36,178 nt of DNA from a virus. Location: positions 1 to 36,178 of the IMG/VR virus record IMGVR_UViG_3300045988_025848; one strand, given 5' to 3'. Both the position numbers and the translations under genes were made by a program. The notes under the pieces are model-generated. The model worked only from the letters and a program-made list of their open reading frames with translations, made no database searches and was not told where the DNA came from. The stretch's first letter is position 1. Each line of letters starts with the position of its first letter. This document shows positions 7,572 to 15,991 of this stretch, piece after piece.

Positions 7572-8588
7572 TTAATATTTGAATTTTTTACGCATTTCTG
7601 CTGCGGCCTTCTGAACCTCTTCACGGCTCAATTTTGTTCCGGTCTTAGTTTCGGTCTTTACCTCTGTTTTAGCCACTGCCGGTGTGCCAGTACGTTTGCT
7701 TAGCTGCGTTTTGAGATCAGACACGGTTGCCTTTAGTTCGGTAACTTCTTTGCAGATCGCTGCCAGTTCTTCCGGTGTAGCGGTTTTCTTCTCGTCCTCC
7801 GGCTTTTCTTCCTTGGTTGCTAACCCTTCTTGACCCTCTTCTTCGCGTTTAGCTTCGCTTTCCACTTCTTTAACGTCGGAAATCTTCCCGGCTACGACTG
7901 ATATGATCATGTCCTCACCTTCGCCAATAGAAATGTAATAATCGCCATCTTCTACGGGTTTGCCCTCGGCGTCCTGTACTTCGTCACCCAATGCAGCTTG
8001 TTCGCCTTGAGCGATAATAACAAGCTCCTTTCCTTCTTTGGTTGTGACGGTTTCCCTAGCTAGCTTAGTTGATTTAACCAGCTCGGCTAATTTTGTCCAA
8101 AATTTGCTCATTGATAATTTGTTTAAATTGTTATTAAATAAAGAACTAGTAGCCGCGGGAAGTCCCACCAAATCGGCACTAAATAATTCTCTTACTTCTG
8201 TTACGGTTGCGGTTTGCGCTTCATCGTCCAACTGTTTAACATCAGACTGATTAACCGATACGCCCAATAGCTCCGGCTCCTTCTCGATCATAGCAACCAT
8301 AAAATTATATTCGCTAGGATACGCGCTTTCTAAGGCTTCAGACATAACTAGATCAGCGTAAACGGCGTTTTCGTCGTGTGTGAAGTTAGCAAAGTGTCCT
8401 ATATACCCATCTAGCAAGTCCGCGCCGTTATGTGTCCGGCGTGCGTGAATAGGCCGGGAATTACCTAAAGCCACTAGAGACGGGAAAGCACTAGCAGAGA
8501 TGACTAATTTATAAGCCTTTCCCCCTTCTTCATAGTAGTTTGCGGTTTCCCCGGCTTCTATAATGCGTAACTTTTCAAATCTTTTCAT
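7572..8588 (-). CDS. Prohead protease / scaffold fusion candidate (338 aa)
   Basis: The N-terminal region has His and Ser contexts (RPIHARRTHNG, LLGVSVNQS) reminiscent of HK97-type prohead serine proteases. The C-terminal half is charged and coiled-coil-like (EEEGQEGLATKEEKPEDEKK...), as in scaffolds. Confidence 0.5.
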   Translation of the reverse strand: MKRFEKLRIIEAGETANYYEEGGKAYKLVISASAFPSLVALGNSRPIHARRTHNGADLLDGYIGHFANFTHDENAVYADLVMSEALESAYPSEYNFMVAMIEKEPELLGVSVNQSDVKQLDDEAQTATVTEVRELFSADLVGLPAATSSLFNNNLNKLSMSKFWTKLAELVKSTKLARETVTTKEGKELVIIAQGEQAALGDEVQDAEGKPVEDGDYYISIGEGEDMIISVVAGKISDVKEVESEAKREEEGQEGLATKEEKPEDEKKTATPEELAAICKEVTELKATVSDLKTQLSKRTGTPAVAKTEVKTETKTGTKLSREEVQKAAAEMRKKFKY

Positions 8589-8655
8589 ATATTACTGTAT
8601 TATTGGTACAAAGATATATTATTTAATGGCACGAGGCCGCGGCTTTACCTATGAT

Positions 8656-11169
8656 TTACAGGCTAGCCGCTACTTGTACACTATTATATTGTTGTTGACC
8701 CTCGTCTATATCGGTAACTGCCACCTGTGGAGCGGGAACGCTAGCCACCGAATCGTACATAATCGCCGCTAATTTCCGCAAACTGTCATTTGACAGACTG
8801 AAATTACTAGGTAACTGCATAGTTGATCCGCCGCCTACGTCGATTTTGCCACCATTGGCGTACCGATACACACCGGATGAACCGAACGAACGCCCGCCAT
8901 ACTCCATATTAAGAGCTGATAATGCATTAATCGCGCCGGACGCTTTACGGTTCAGAATGTACATGTTCTCACCGCCTTCGGCTTCGAACTGCTGCCCGTT
9001 TGATCCGGTAAACGTTACACCGCCCGCCGCATGGCTAGCTCCGTATATTTGTCCGCCCTTCGCATATTTGCGAACGCTTGTATTGATCTTAGTGTCCGGC
9101 TCTTTAGTCTTGTTAATGCTCATAACGTTCTTCATACCTGCCGCCACTACGATAGCCGCCTGCGCGATACCCCAGATGCCGCCCTGCGCTAAAGCTTTAG
9201 ACGCCCCCAGGTACGTGTTGATAAGTGCTTGTGCCGTGGCAAATGCTTTGCCCGCCGCGCTTTCCTCGCCCAGTAAGCTAGACAACTGTCCGGCTGTGCC
9301 CGCTGCCATCTCTAATTGCGCGTTGTAGTACTTCCGTCTTACTTCGTCCTTCATGAGTTCGAAACGCTCGGTTATAGCGGTTGTTTCCGCTCCGATCTTT
9401 TCCGCGTTCGCGATCTCTAGAGCCTTCATAGCGTCCAACCGGGTTATTTGGTTGTCTAGGTCGTTTTGCAACTTTACGTCCGCTAATGCGCGTTCATTCT
9501 CTAAGTTTAGAGCGTCCGCGGCTTTCTTCTGTTCTTTTTTTCGGTCGGCTTCGGCTTTAACTTCCGTCTCAAATTGCAGGTTCAGAGCGCGAACATTGTT
9601 CAGGTATTCCTGTTCTGTTATGAGTTTTTGGTCTCTTTTAAACTTCTCTAGCGCGATCTGCTCGTTAATCACATGTTGCGTTTCTTCGATCGAAGTTTTA
9701 CCCGTTCTTAACTGGGTCTCGGCTATCTCTAGCTCCATCTTCTTGACACTCTGTTCATACGCCTTGATCGTTTCCTCCTGCGCCTTCTTAAGCACCTCGG
9801 CTTGCTTCTTTACCGCCTCGGCTTCTGCTTTCGTCGCGGCTTCCGTCTCCTTTTTCTTCTTTTCCGCTGCTGCCTTAGCGGTCGCTACCTGTTTGTCCCG
9901 TTCCGATTTTTCAAGGCCCGTCATTTGCCCTATTAACTCTTTTTCCTGCGTGGCGTAACTCGCTTTCGCGGCTTCCAGTGCTGCAAGGGCTTCCTGCTCT
10001 TTACGATAGTCCTCGTCGCTAGTGTAGCCTAGTTGGTTTTCGGCCTTGATCTGCTTGTATTTGGAGTTAAGTACCGCCAGTTCCAAATCACGTATGATAT
10101 GCAATTTCTCCGCAGCTTCCTTTAGTAGTTCAGTTCGCTCCGCAGTAGTCTTGTTTTGATCCGCCGCTAGCGTCTTAAGTTCCTCTAGTTCCCTCCGCAT
10201 TCGTGCCATTGGGACAAGCGCCTTGGTTTCCTCCTGATAAATACGCTGTGTCTCCCCCGCCAGCCGGGCACCTTCCGCCGCTGCCTTCTTCGTCTCCTCA
10301 CTGATTAGTCCCAGCTTATCCAATAGCCATGTAACGCTTTTAGCAATGTTCTCAAGCACGAACGCTACACCTTCAAACAATCCGGTTATCCAGTCCAGCA
10401 AACGCCCGAAAATCACCTTAAACGGAGCGAACGCCGCTTGCAGGCTAGTCGCTAGCTCGCTGTTGCGTTTCATCAGCTTCTCAATGATACCGATAAGCGT
10501 TAAGACGAGCGACACGACGAAAATAATAGGGTTCGCCTTTAACGCTGCGTTGAACGCCTGCACCCCGGCTATGCCGCTTTTCATTTGCCCTACCAGTGCA
10601 CCCGTGCCACCTGTCAAACCTTGAGTTTGAAGTATGCCGTCCTTAACGCTCTCGGCGTAATTACCCACGTTACGGCGGTTGTCGCCTACCGATTTTTCCA
10701 GCTCCTTAAGCTTGTCCGATAACGCTTTGGTTTGCTCGGTCAAGTCCTGCCCTTCCTTGCTGGTGGTCCGTTGCGCCTCGCTCATCTTGTTTAGCTCCGT
10801 GGTGTTCTGCGCCAACTGTGCACGCAAAGCGTTGACGCTCGTAGCCTCATTGTCTAGGAGCGTTTTCGTACTCTTGATCTCGGCGTTATTCTGCTTGTTC
10901 GCCTCGGTATTGTCCAGTATTGCTTTCTGCGTCTCAATCAGAGACTTATTCAGCTTCTTAACAGTCGCGTCGTACTTGTCTTGCTGTATAAGACCGTCCG
11001 CGTAATTCTGATTTAGCGCGTCTAGCTCTTTCTTCTCGGAGGCGTACGCCGCTTGCAAATCCTTTTTAGTCTTTGCAAGGGCTATACTCTTAGCTATTAA
11101 CGCGTCCAATCCCTTCTCGGCTTCCGAAGTGCCGAAATTAAGGTCTAATAATGTTACTTGATCCGCCAT
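8656..11169 (-). CDS. Tape measure protein candidate (837 aa)
   Basis: Long A/E/K/Q-rich heptad-like sequence with two hydrophobic stretches (IIFVVSLVLTLIGII, GIWGIAQAAIVVAAG) and a Gly-rich C-terminus. Confidence 0.6.
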   Translation of the reverse strand: MADQVTLLDLNFGTSEAEKGLDALIAKSIALAKTKKDLQAAYASEKKELDALNQNYADGLIQQDKYDATVKKLNKSLIETQKAILDNTEANKQNNAEIKSTKTLLDNEATSVNALRAQLAQNTTELNKMSEAQRTTSKEGQDLTEQTKALSDKLKELEKSVGDNRRNVGNYAESVKDGILQTQGLTGGTGALVGQMKSGIAGVQAFNAALKANPIIFVVSLVLTLIGIIEKLMKRNSELATSLQAAFAPFKVIFGRLLDWITGLFEGVAFVLENIAKSVTWLLDKLGLISEETKKAAAEGARLAGETQRIYQEETKALVPMARMRRELEELKTLAADQNKTTAERTELLKEAAEKLHIIRDLELAVLNSKYKQIKAENQLGYTSDEDYRKEQEALAALEAAKASYATQEKELIGQMTGLEKSERDKQVATAKAAAEKKKKETEAATKAEAEAVKKQAEVLKKAQEETIKAYEQSVKKMELEIAETQLRTGKTSIEETQHVINEQIALEKFKRDQKLITEQEYLNNVRALNLQFETEVKAEADRKKEQKKAADALNLENERALADVKLQNDLDNQITRLDAMKALEIANAEKIGAETTAITERFELMKDEVRRKYYNAQLEMAAGTAGQLSSLLGEESAAGKAFATAQALINTYLGASKALAQGGIWGIAQAAIVVAAGMKNVMSINKTKEPDTKINTSVRKYAKGGQIYGASHAAGGVTFTGSNGQQFEAEGGENMYILNRKASGAINALSALNMEYGGRSFGSSGVYRYANGGKIDVGGGSTMQLPSNFSLSNDSLRKLAAIMYDSVASVPAPQVAVTDIDEGQQQYNSVQVAASL

Positions 11170-11176
11170 TTTTACG

Positions 11177-12922
11177 TTATTTTAAATCCATTTTGTACAA
11201 AGATAGCTTACAATTCCCGTTTGCTACGTCATATTCGCCTAGAGATTTGATGTAGAAGTAGCTGTTTAGCTGCGAAAAATAATAAGCGTCCCCTAATCTA
11301 AGGTTCTCAACGTCTCCGTATTCCAGTTGCGCCTTGATTTTCACCTGTACGCGTGACCTGAACATTTTGAAATGCCGGTTTATATACGGATAATAGATGT
11401 TTTTCACAAACGTATAATAGTAGCTATAATTGTTTGGTTTGGCGAACGCTGCGGTTAGCCCCATGATCGGGAATACCCTGCTGTTATACGAGAACTTAAC
11501 AGACGATTTATAAGCGTCCTTAACGGGTGTTACCGTTCCGGGTCCGTTGGAGTAACTGAATTTTTCCGAGCCGATAGTACACACGTATTGGTCCGCGAAT
11601 TCGTCGGGAACGTCTACCGCTTCAACGCTACGTAGTTTGTCACTCCAATCGTGTACGCGTGCCCATGCCATCGATGTACCGTCACGTAGGTCGGCATCTA
11701 CTATCGGCTCGACACGTAACGTACCGTTGCGGTAAATCTTCCTCCAATGCCATGCCGTGCACATGTCGTCCACTATGTTTTTTACGTCCGTGTACGGAAA
11801 ATCGATGGCTACATTAGCGACCGAATCGTATTGCGGCTTGATGGCCGCATCGAACACCGCCTGCCCCGCTCCGCATCTTATCAGCTCTTCCGGGTCGTAT
11901 CCGTCGGGAAACTTGAAATAGTCCGTACGGGTCACGCCTCCGATAGTTGCCGCCAGTTGCATATACGCGTCCTGTTTAGGGTAAACCGTCATTTGTGCAT
12001 TATTCTCTGTAACATAAATCCAAATGCGGTCGGTTATACTCCCGTAGTAAGACATTGACCGCCCCACCCCCGATACCGCACCGCGTAACTGAATAGTAGG
12101 TTTAGTAGTCGGTATTGTATTTCCCTTGTATTCTACGATCATTTGGAACTGCTGGTTCTCTCCTGCTGATATAAGGAATCCCGCCGGGCTTCCCCCTGTA
12201 CGGTTGCCAAAGTACGAAGCGTACATGTAAATTTGTGAGTTATCCAGAACAACCGCTGCGGTGTCCGGATACTTATACCCCCCGCGCCCTTTGGTGCTGT
12301 CTTTTGGGAGTAACTTCACCGTTCCCGTCGCTACATTGTCCTGCCAGGTGATACTGCCTCGGGCGCAAACCATGGTAGGCGCTAATACATTAGCGTCTTC
12401 TGGCTGGGGAAGCTGACTGCCCGGGTTGTAGAACGGGTTGATCGCCGGGAACGTTATTTGCGGAAAGTCCACGTACTCGCGGACTATCTTTGCAAGGTTG
12501 GCGGCGCTTAAGCTTATACCCCCGTCCTTCACAAGGCTGAAATCCGGTAATGTCGATATAGGCTTGCTCACGTCGGACCACTTGTCCGTACTCTCTATAA
12601 GGTTGATCGTGTACTCCGTTTCAGTCGCTGATACCTTCGCGTAGAACTGCGTAGGCTCGTCAGACACATAAGCGTAATACTTGAACGGTATAGACGATAC
12701 CAGAACCTCGGCTATATGATACTCACAGTTAAGCAAACCCTTGTTCAGCCCTATGAACGTCCGGTCATTGTCCGGTGTCCTCGGCACCTTTATCGTAGCG
12801 CTAAAAGCAACGCTATCCCCAGTCATAGTGACCGGGGAAATGTTGTTTAATGTGATCTTGACCGTCGCGTTATCTAGTCCGTCAATGTCGTAACCGTTAA
12901 CTCTTAATGATACTATTTTCAT
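11177..12922 (-). CDS. Tail / baseplate-hub candidate (581 aa; distal-tail-like by position)
   Basis: Large ORF adjacent to the tape measure gene. No recognisable motif. Confidence 0.4.
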   Translation of the reverse strand: MKIVSLRVNGYDIDGLDNATVKITLNNISPVTMTGDSVAFSATIKVPRTPDNDRTFIGLNKGLLNCEYHIAEVLVSSIPFKYYAYVSDEPTQFYAKVSATETEYTINLIESTDKWSDVSKPISTLPDFSLVKDGGISLSAANLAKIVREYVDFPQITFPAINPFYNPGSQLPQPEDANVLAPTMVCARGSITWQDNVATGTVKLLPKDSTKGRGGYKYPDTAAVVLDNSQIYMYASYFGNRTGGSPAGFLISAGENQQFQMIVEYKGNTIPTTKPTIQLRGAVSGVGRSMSYYGSITDRIWIYVTENNAQMTVYPKQDAYMQLAATIGGVTRTDYFKFPDGYDPEELIRCGAGQAVFDAAIKPQYDSVANVAIDFPYTDVKNIVDDMCTAWHWRKIYRNGTLRVEPIVDADLRDGTSMAWARVHDWSDKLRSVEAVDVPDEFADQYVCTIGSEKFSYSNGPGTVTPVKDAYKSSVKFSYNSRVFPIMGLTAAFAKPNNYSYYYTFVKNIYYPYINRHFKMFRSRVQVKIKAQLEYGDVENLRLGDAYYFSQLNSYFYIKSLGEYDVANGNCKLSLYKMDLK

Positions 12923-12923
12923 C

Positions 12924-15146
12924 TTATCCCTCCTGTGTGATTAAACAAATTGCAATCTCGTTCGTAACTGTATTCTTGATTCTCAAATACCCCGTGCGTG
13001 CTGCCCCCGGATTCGCCGTATTGTACTTAACGCCTATGGCGGTTTGTCCGGCTTCCCCTGATGTGGGCGTAATGGATACCCAGCTAGGCGCGCTACTCAT
13101 AGTCCAGTTATTTTCGGATGTTGCCACCGCGGGTACAATATAGTTTCCCCCGGCTTTAGGGCCTGACACACGCAACGGCACTATACCGATTGAAGAGGGC
13201 GCGCCTCCCTGATTAACCGTAACTACAGCTATATCCCCGGTTAAGTCGTTATAGAACGTTATTGTTCCGGTTCGCGCGTCGTTACTTGTGTTGTCACCGA
13301 TCGTTAACGTTACGGCGGTTGTTCCGTCCGGGCCTGTAGATACGCTTCGTCCGATCCACGTATCACGCTGCGCCACAACCCAGCTGCCAACCGATGTAAC
13401 GTTCACGGTTACCGGGTGTGTTAGATAGTCTACGTTAAACGTCGGTGTGTCTACCAATATATTCCCGGTAACTCCGGCCTGTGTGACGGCTATAGTGTAC
13501 GTTGTAGACCCCGCCAAACTTTTCAGGACTATGTTACCCGTTCTTGGATTGCCCGTGTTGGCAGCTACTGTCGCGGTGAGATTAGAAGCGCCCGCCGGAA
13601 ATTGGTGATAACGTTTACCCCAACGCGCATTAAGCGTAGCGATGTCCGCGGGCGTTATTTCCGAGTAGTCCGCCCTATTTAATAACAAACCTATTTTAGG
13701 ACTTGTTTTTGAGTTTGCCCTACCGTTTATAGGTACCCGCCCTTCAACATGGGTAAGCCGTTCATTTGAATCTAAGTAGAAAAAGAATACCTCGTACCCA
13801 CATATCCCAGATATAACGCTGTATACTTCTCCCATCGTATCGTACACCCTCTTACTTCTCAATAAATGTGGGTCGTTGTTTTTTATGTCGTCCCAAGCGT
13901 CCCCGATATTTGCGTAAGCCCCTCCCTGTTCGAACATGTCAGGCGTGATTAGCGTTGTGCCGTTAGTCACGGTAAGCCAGTCCGGCTCGCTCTGCACCTC
14001 CCAGGCCGCGTTACTGTATATGCTGTTAACCAGTCCTTCCGCATACGCCGCGCCAATCGTCCACGGGTTGCGCTGCGCGCTAAAAGCAATAGCGGGTGTA
14101 GGCGGTTGGTCCGGTGCTAACGGGAACATGTAGTTGTCTTGTAGTTCCGTTGTCTTGAATCTTACTTGCTGTCTGTACGTCTTTGTACTGTTGGACCATC
14201 TCGCCCCCGTGTCGCCTGAAACTTCCGCCCTGAAGCGTTTAGACTGGTATTGGTTTATACCCGGTATGTTCAACTCGAACACGACATTAGACGATACCAA
14301 CAACTCTTGGTACACGTTATACCACTCTTCGCCGTACTCTAGATTTATAGTTAGCTCCGCTTGTTCTGTGACACCGCCGCGCCCTCTGATAGGGGTGAAC
14401 TTGTTAGACCAAAAGTAATCCTTGAACGCGTCCCAAAACCACTGACCATTGCGCATGTTCCATCTAGCGCGCAAAGCGCATTGAAGCCCGGTATCGTAAA
14501 CAACGTCAGACATTAGGCGGTCTTCATAGTTAATAACTTGATCCAGCCCGGACCCCCAAACGTTTTTAATAGTCAACTTCTTAATGTACTTTATATCGAT
14601 AGTGTTTCCCAGTACATAGGTAGTAGGGAATATCGCCGAACCGGGCGCGCCTGTCACGGGTTCAACCTCAACAGGGAACGCGTCAAGCGGGTGTATGCGG
14701 TACGGGAAATAGATGTCTAGCGTCTGCCCAGGTATGCGCGGTTTGGGCGGTTGAGGAAGCGCACTATCAACGCCTAGAGTGTCCCAATACGTCTCATCAC
14801 AATGGAACACGGGAAGCGTTATGCGGTTCGCAAAACTAGCGCTCCATATTGATACCGCTTGCTGCGGGAACGCCGGGTCACCCTCGGATTTGTTACGGTC
14901 TGCGCGTGTCAGCAATGGAGCAGCAAATGACAGGTCTACGTCCAACTTTTCCTGATAAGGAAAAACTATTTCCTTCTTGATCGCGCCACCGTTCGACACA
15001 CGGATATAAACCGGGTACTCGTTTCCGCTTATGAAGTCCGGCTTTATGCGGATCATCAAGGGTCGTGTAGCCCACACGGGTAACTGTCCGTCGTACGTCT
15101 GATTATCTACTAGCGTTATGCCCGCTATCGGTATTTGTACATTCAT
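12924..15146 (-). CDS. Tail-associated protein with C-terminal BACON-like repeats (740 aa)
   Basis: Repeats carry W..S.P.W[LV].[IV], N....ARTG.[IL] and [VI].[VI][TN]Q.G signatures, at about aa 352-396 plus 516-557, 570-648 and 659-740. Confidence 0.7.
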   Translation of the reverse strand: MNVQIPIAGITLVDNQTYDGQLPVWATRPLMIRIKPDFISGNEYPVYIRVSNGGAIKKEIVFPYQEKLDVDLSFAAPLLTRADRNKSEGDPAFPQQAVSIWSASFANRITLPVFHCDETYWDTLGVDSALPQPPKPRIPGQTLDIYFPYRIHPLDAFPVEVEPVTGAPGSAIFPTTYVLGNTIDIKYIKKLTIKNVWGSGLDQVINYEDRLMSDVVYDTGLQCALRARWNMRNGQWFWDAFKDYFWSNKFTPIRGRGGVTEQAELTINLEYGEEWYNVYQELLVSSNVVFELNIPGINQYQSKRFRAEVSGDTGARWSNSTKTYRQQVRFKTTELQDNYMFPLAPDQPPTPAIAFSAQRNPWTIGAAYAEGLVNSIYSNAAWEVQSEPDWLTVTNGTTLITPDMFEQGGAYANIGDAWDDIKNNDPHLLRSKRVYDTMGEVYSVISGICGYEVFFFYLDSNERLTHVEGRVPINGRANSKTSPKIGLLLNRADYSEITPADIATLNARWGKRYHQFPAGASNLTATVAANTGNPRTGNIVLKSLAGSTTYTIAVTQAGVTGNILVDTPTFNVDYLTHPVTVNVTSVGSWVVAQRDTWIGRSVSTGPDGTTAVTLTIGDNTSNDARTGTITFYNDLTGDIAVVTVNQGGAPSSIGIVPLRVSGPKAGGNYIVPAVATSENNWTMSSAPSWVSITPTSGEAGQTAIGVKYNTANPGAARTGYLRIKNTVTNEIAICLITQEG

Positions 15147-15593
15147 CTATTTAATATTTAAAGTGTCAATAATAGCGTATCTAATTATAGTTACTATCTC
15201 GTTTTGTAACTTCAAGACCCTTGCGGGGTTGAGTACGTCCGATACTACGCCGCCGGGGTTGTGGCTGTTCGGTACTTTGATCCCGAACTCGCCAATAGCC
15301 TTCGCGATCGGATACGCGGCGGTTAGCGGTATGTTCGCGCCTTGCTTGTTCTTGTCCTCGATCCATTTACGAATGATCCACAACGGCGGGCGTTTACCCA
15401 CAGCGCGTCCGCCTTCCATAGCCCCGACATACCTCGGCGCGGTGATCTTGGCGTTATTACCCCCTACGACTAATTTAAGCTCCTTGGCAAAGTTACCGGA
15501 CGCCATCAGCCCTTTAGCCTTGTACGAGGCTTCTATGTCATCCCGTAGCTTGGTTAGTAGTACTTCTATTTCCAACATCGCGTTTCTTGCCAT
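15147..15593 (-). CDS. Neck / tail-completion candidate (HK97 gp10-like by size and pattern, 148 aa)
   Basis: Small basic ORF in the structural block. Weak resemblance only. Confidence 0.35.
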   Translation of the reverse strand: MARNAMLEIEVLLTKLRDDIEASYKAKGLMASGNFAKELKLVVGGNNAKITAPRYVGAMEGGRAVGKRPPLWIIRKWIEDKNKQGANIPLTAAYPIAKAIGEFGIKVPNSHNPGGVVSDVLNPARVLKLQNEIVTIIRYAIIDTLNIK

Positions 15594-15991
15594 TATTCAG
15601 ATAGATTAAGAGTTATCTCCCAGCCCGATTTGGGGCTGTCATAAATGTTTTGGCGTTTAACCACTGCCGCCCCCTCGGATTCATAGAGGCAAACCGCCTT
15701 CTTTGCTATGTCTGTAATAACGGTGAACGTCCGATCTAGTACGTCGATCTCGGACGCGTCGTCGCGTTCGTAGTGCGAAGTGCCTAGTACCTGTATAAGC
15801 ACTGTGATCGAGAACTCCTCGGCGGCGTAGTCGTTATAGTCCTGCCTACCACCCGGCACGTCAACAAAGATAAAATCACCCGTTATATCGTTTGCCAGTC
15901 GATTGCGTGTGGCATCATCTCCGAAGAATACGGGAAGCGCATGCTGCGCCCCCCATGTCCCTATTTGGTCTAGTATCCCTTTAAAAGTCAT
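15593..15991 (-). CDS. Hypothetical virion protein (132 aa)
   Basis: ATG ORF with 1-nt overlap coupling to the downstream gene. Confidence 0.5.
   Translation of the reverse strand: MTFKGILDQIGTWGAQHALPVFFGDDATRNRLANDITGDFIFVDVPGGRQDYNDYAAEEFSITVLIQVLGTSHYERDDASEIDVLDRTFTVITDIAKKAVCLYESEGAAVVKRQNIYDSPKSGWEITLNLSE

Noticed and set aside
9353-9958. Plus-strand ORFs of 60-200 aa throughout the window, for example 9353..9958, 2034..2546, 29942..30475, 15118..15609 and 27357..27860
   Set aside because: Every one lies antisense to a longer, motif-supported minus-strand gene. Their translations are Ser/Ala/Phe/Cys-rich shadow-frame products, and none occupies its own intergenic space.
12390-12581. 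Short minus-strand ORFs nested in other frames of large genes: 12390..12581, 14893..15075, 15181..15366, 3746..3940, 23452..23634, 30288..30479, 32100..32291, 34292..34480
   Set aside because: They lie fully inside well-supported genes and have Arg/Gly/Pro-rich off-frame composition. Nothing suggests overprinting.
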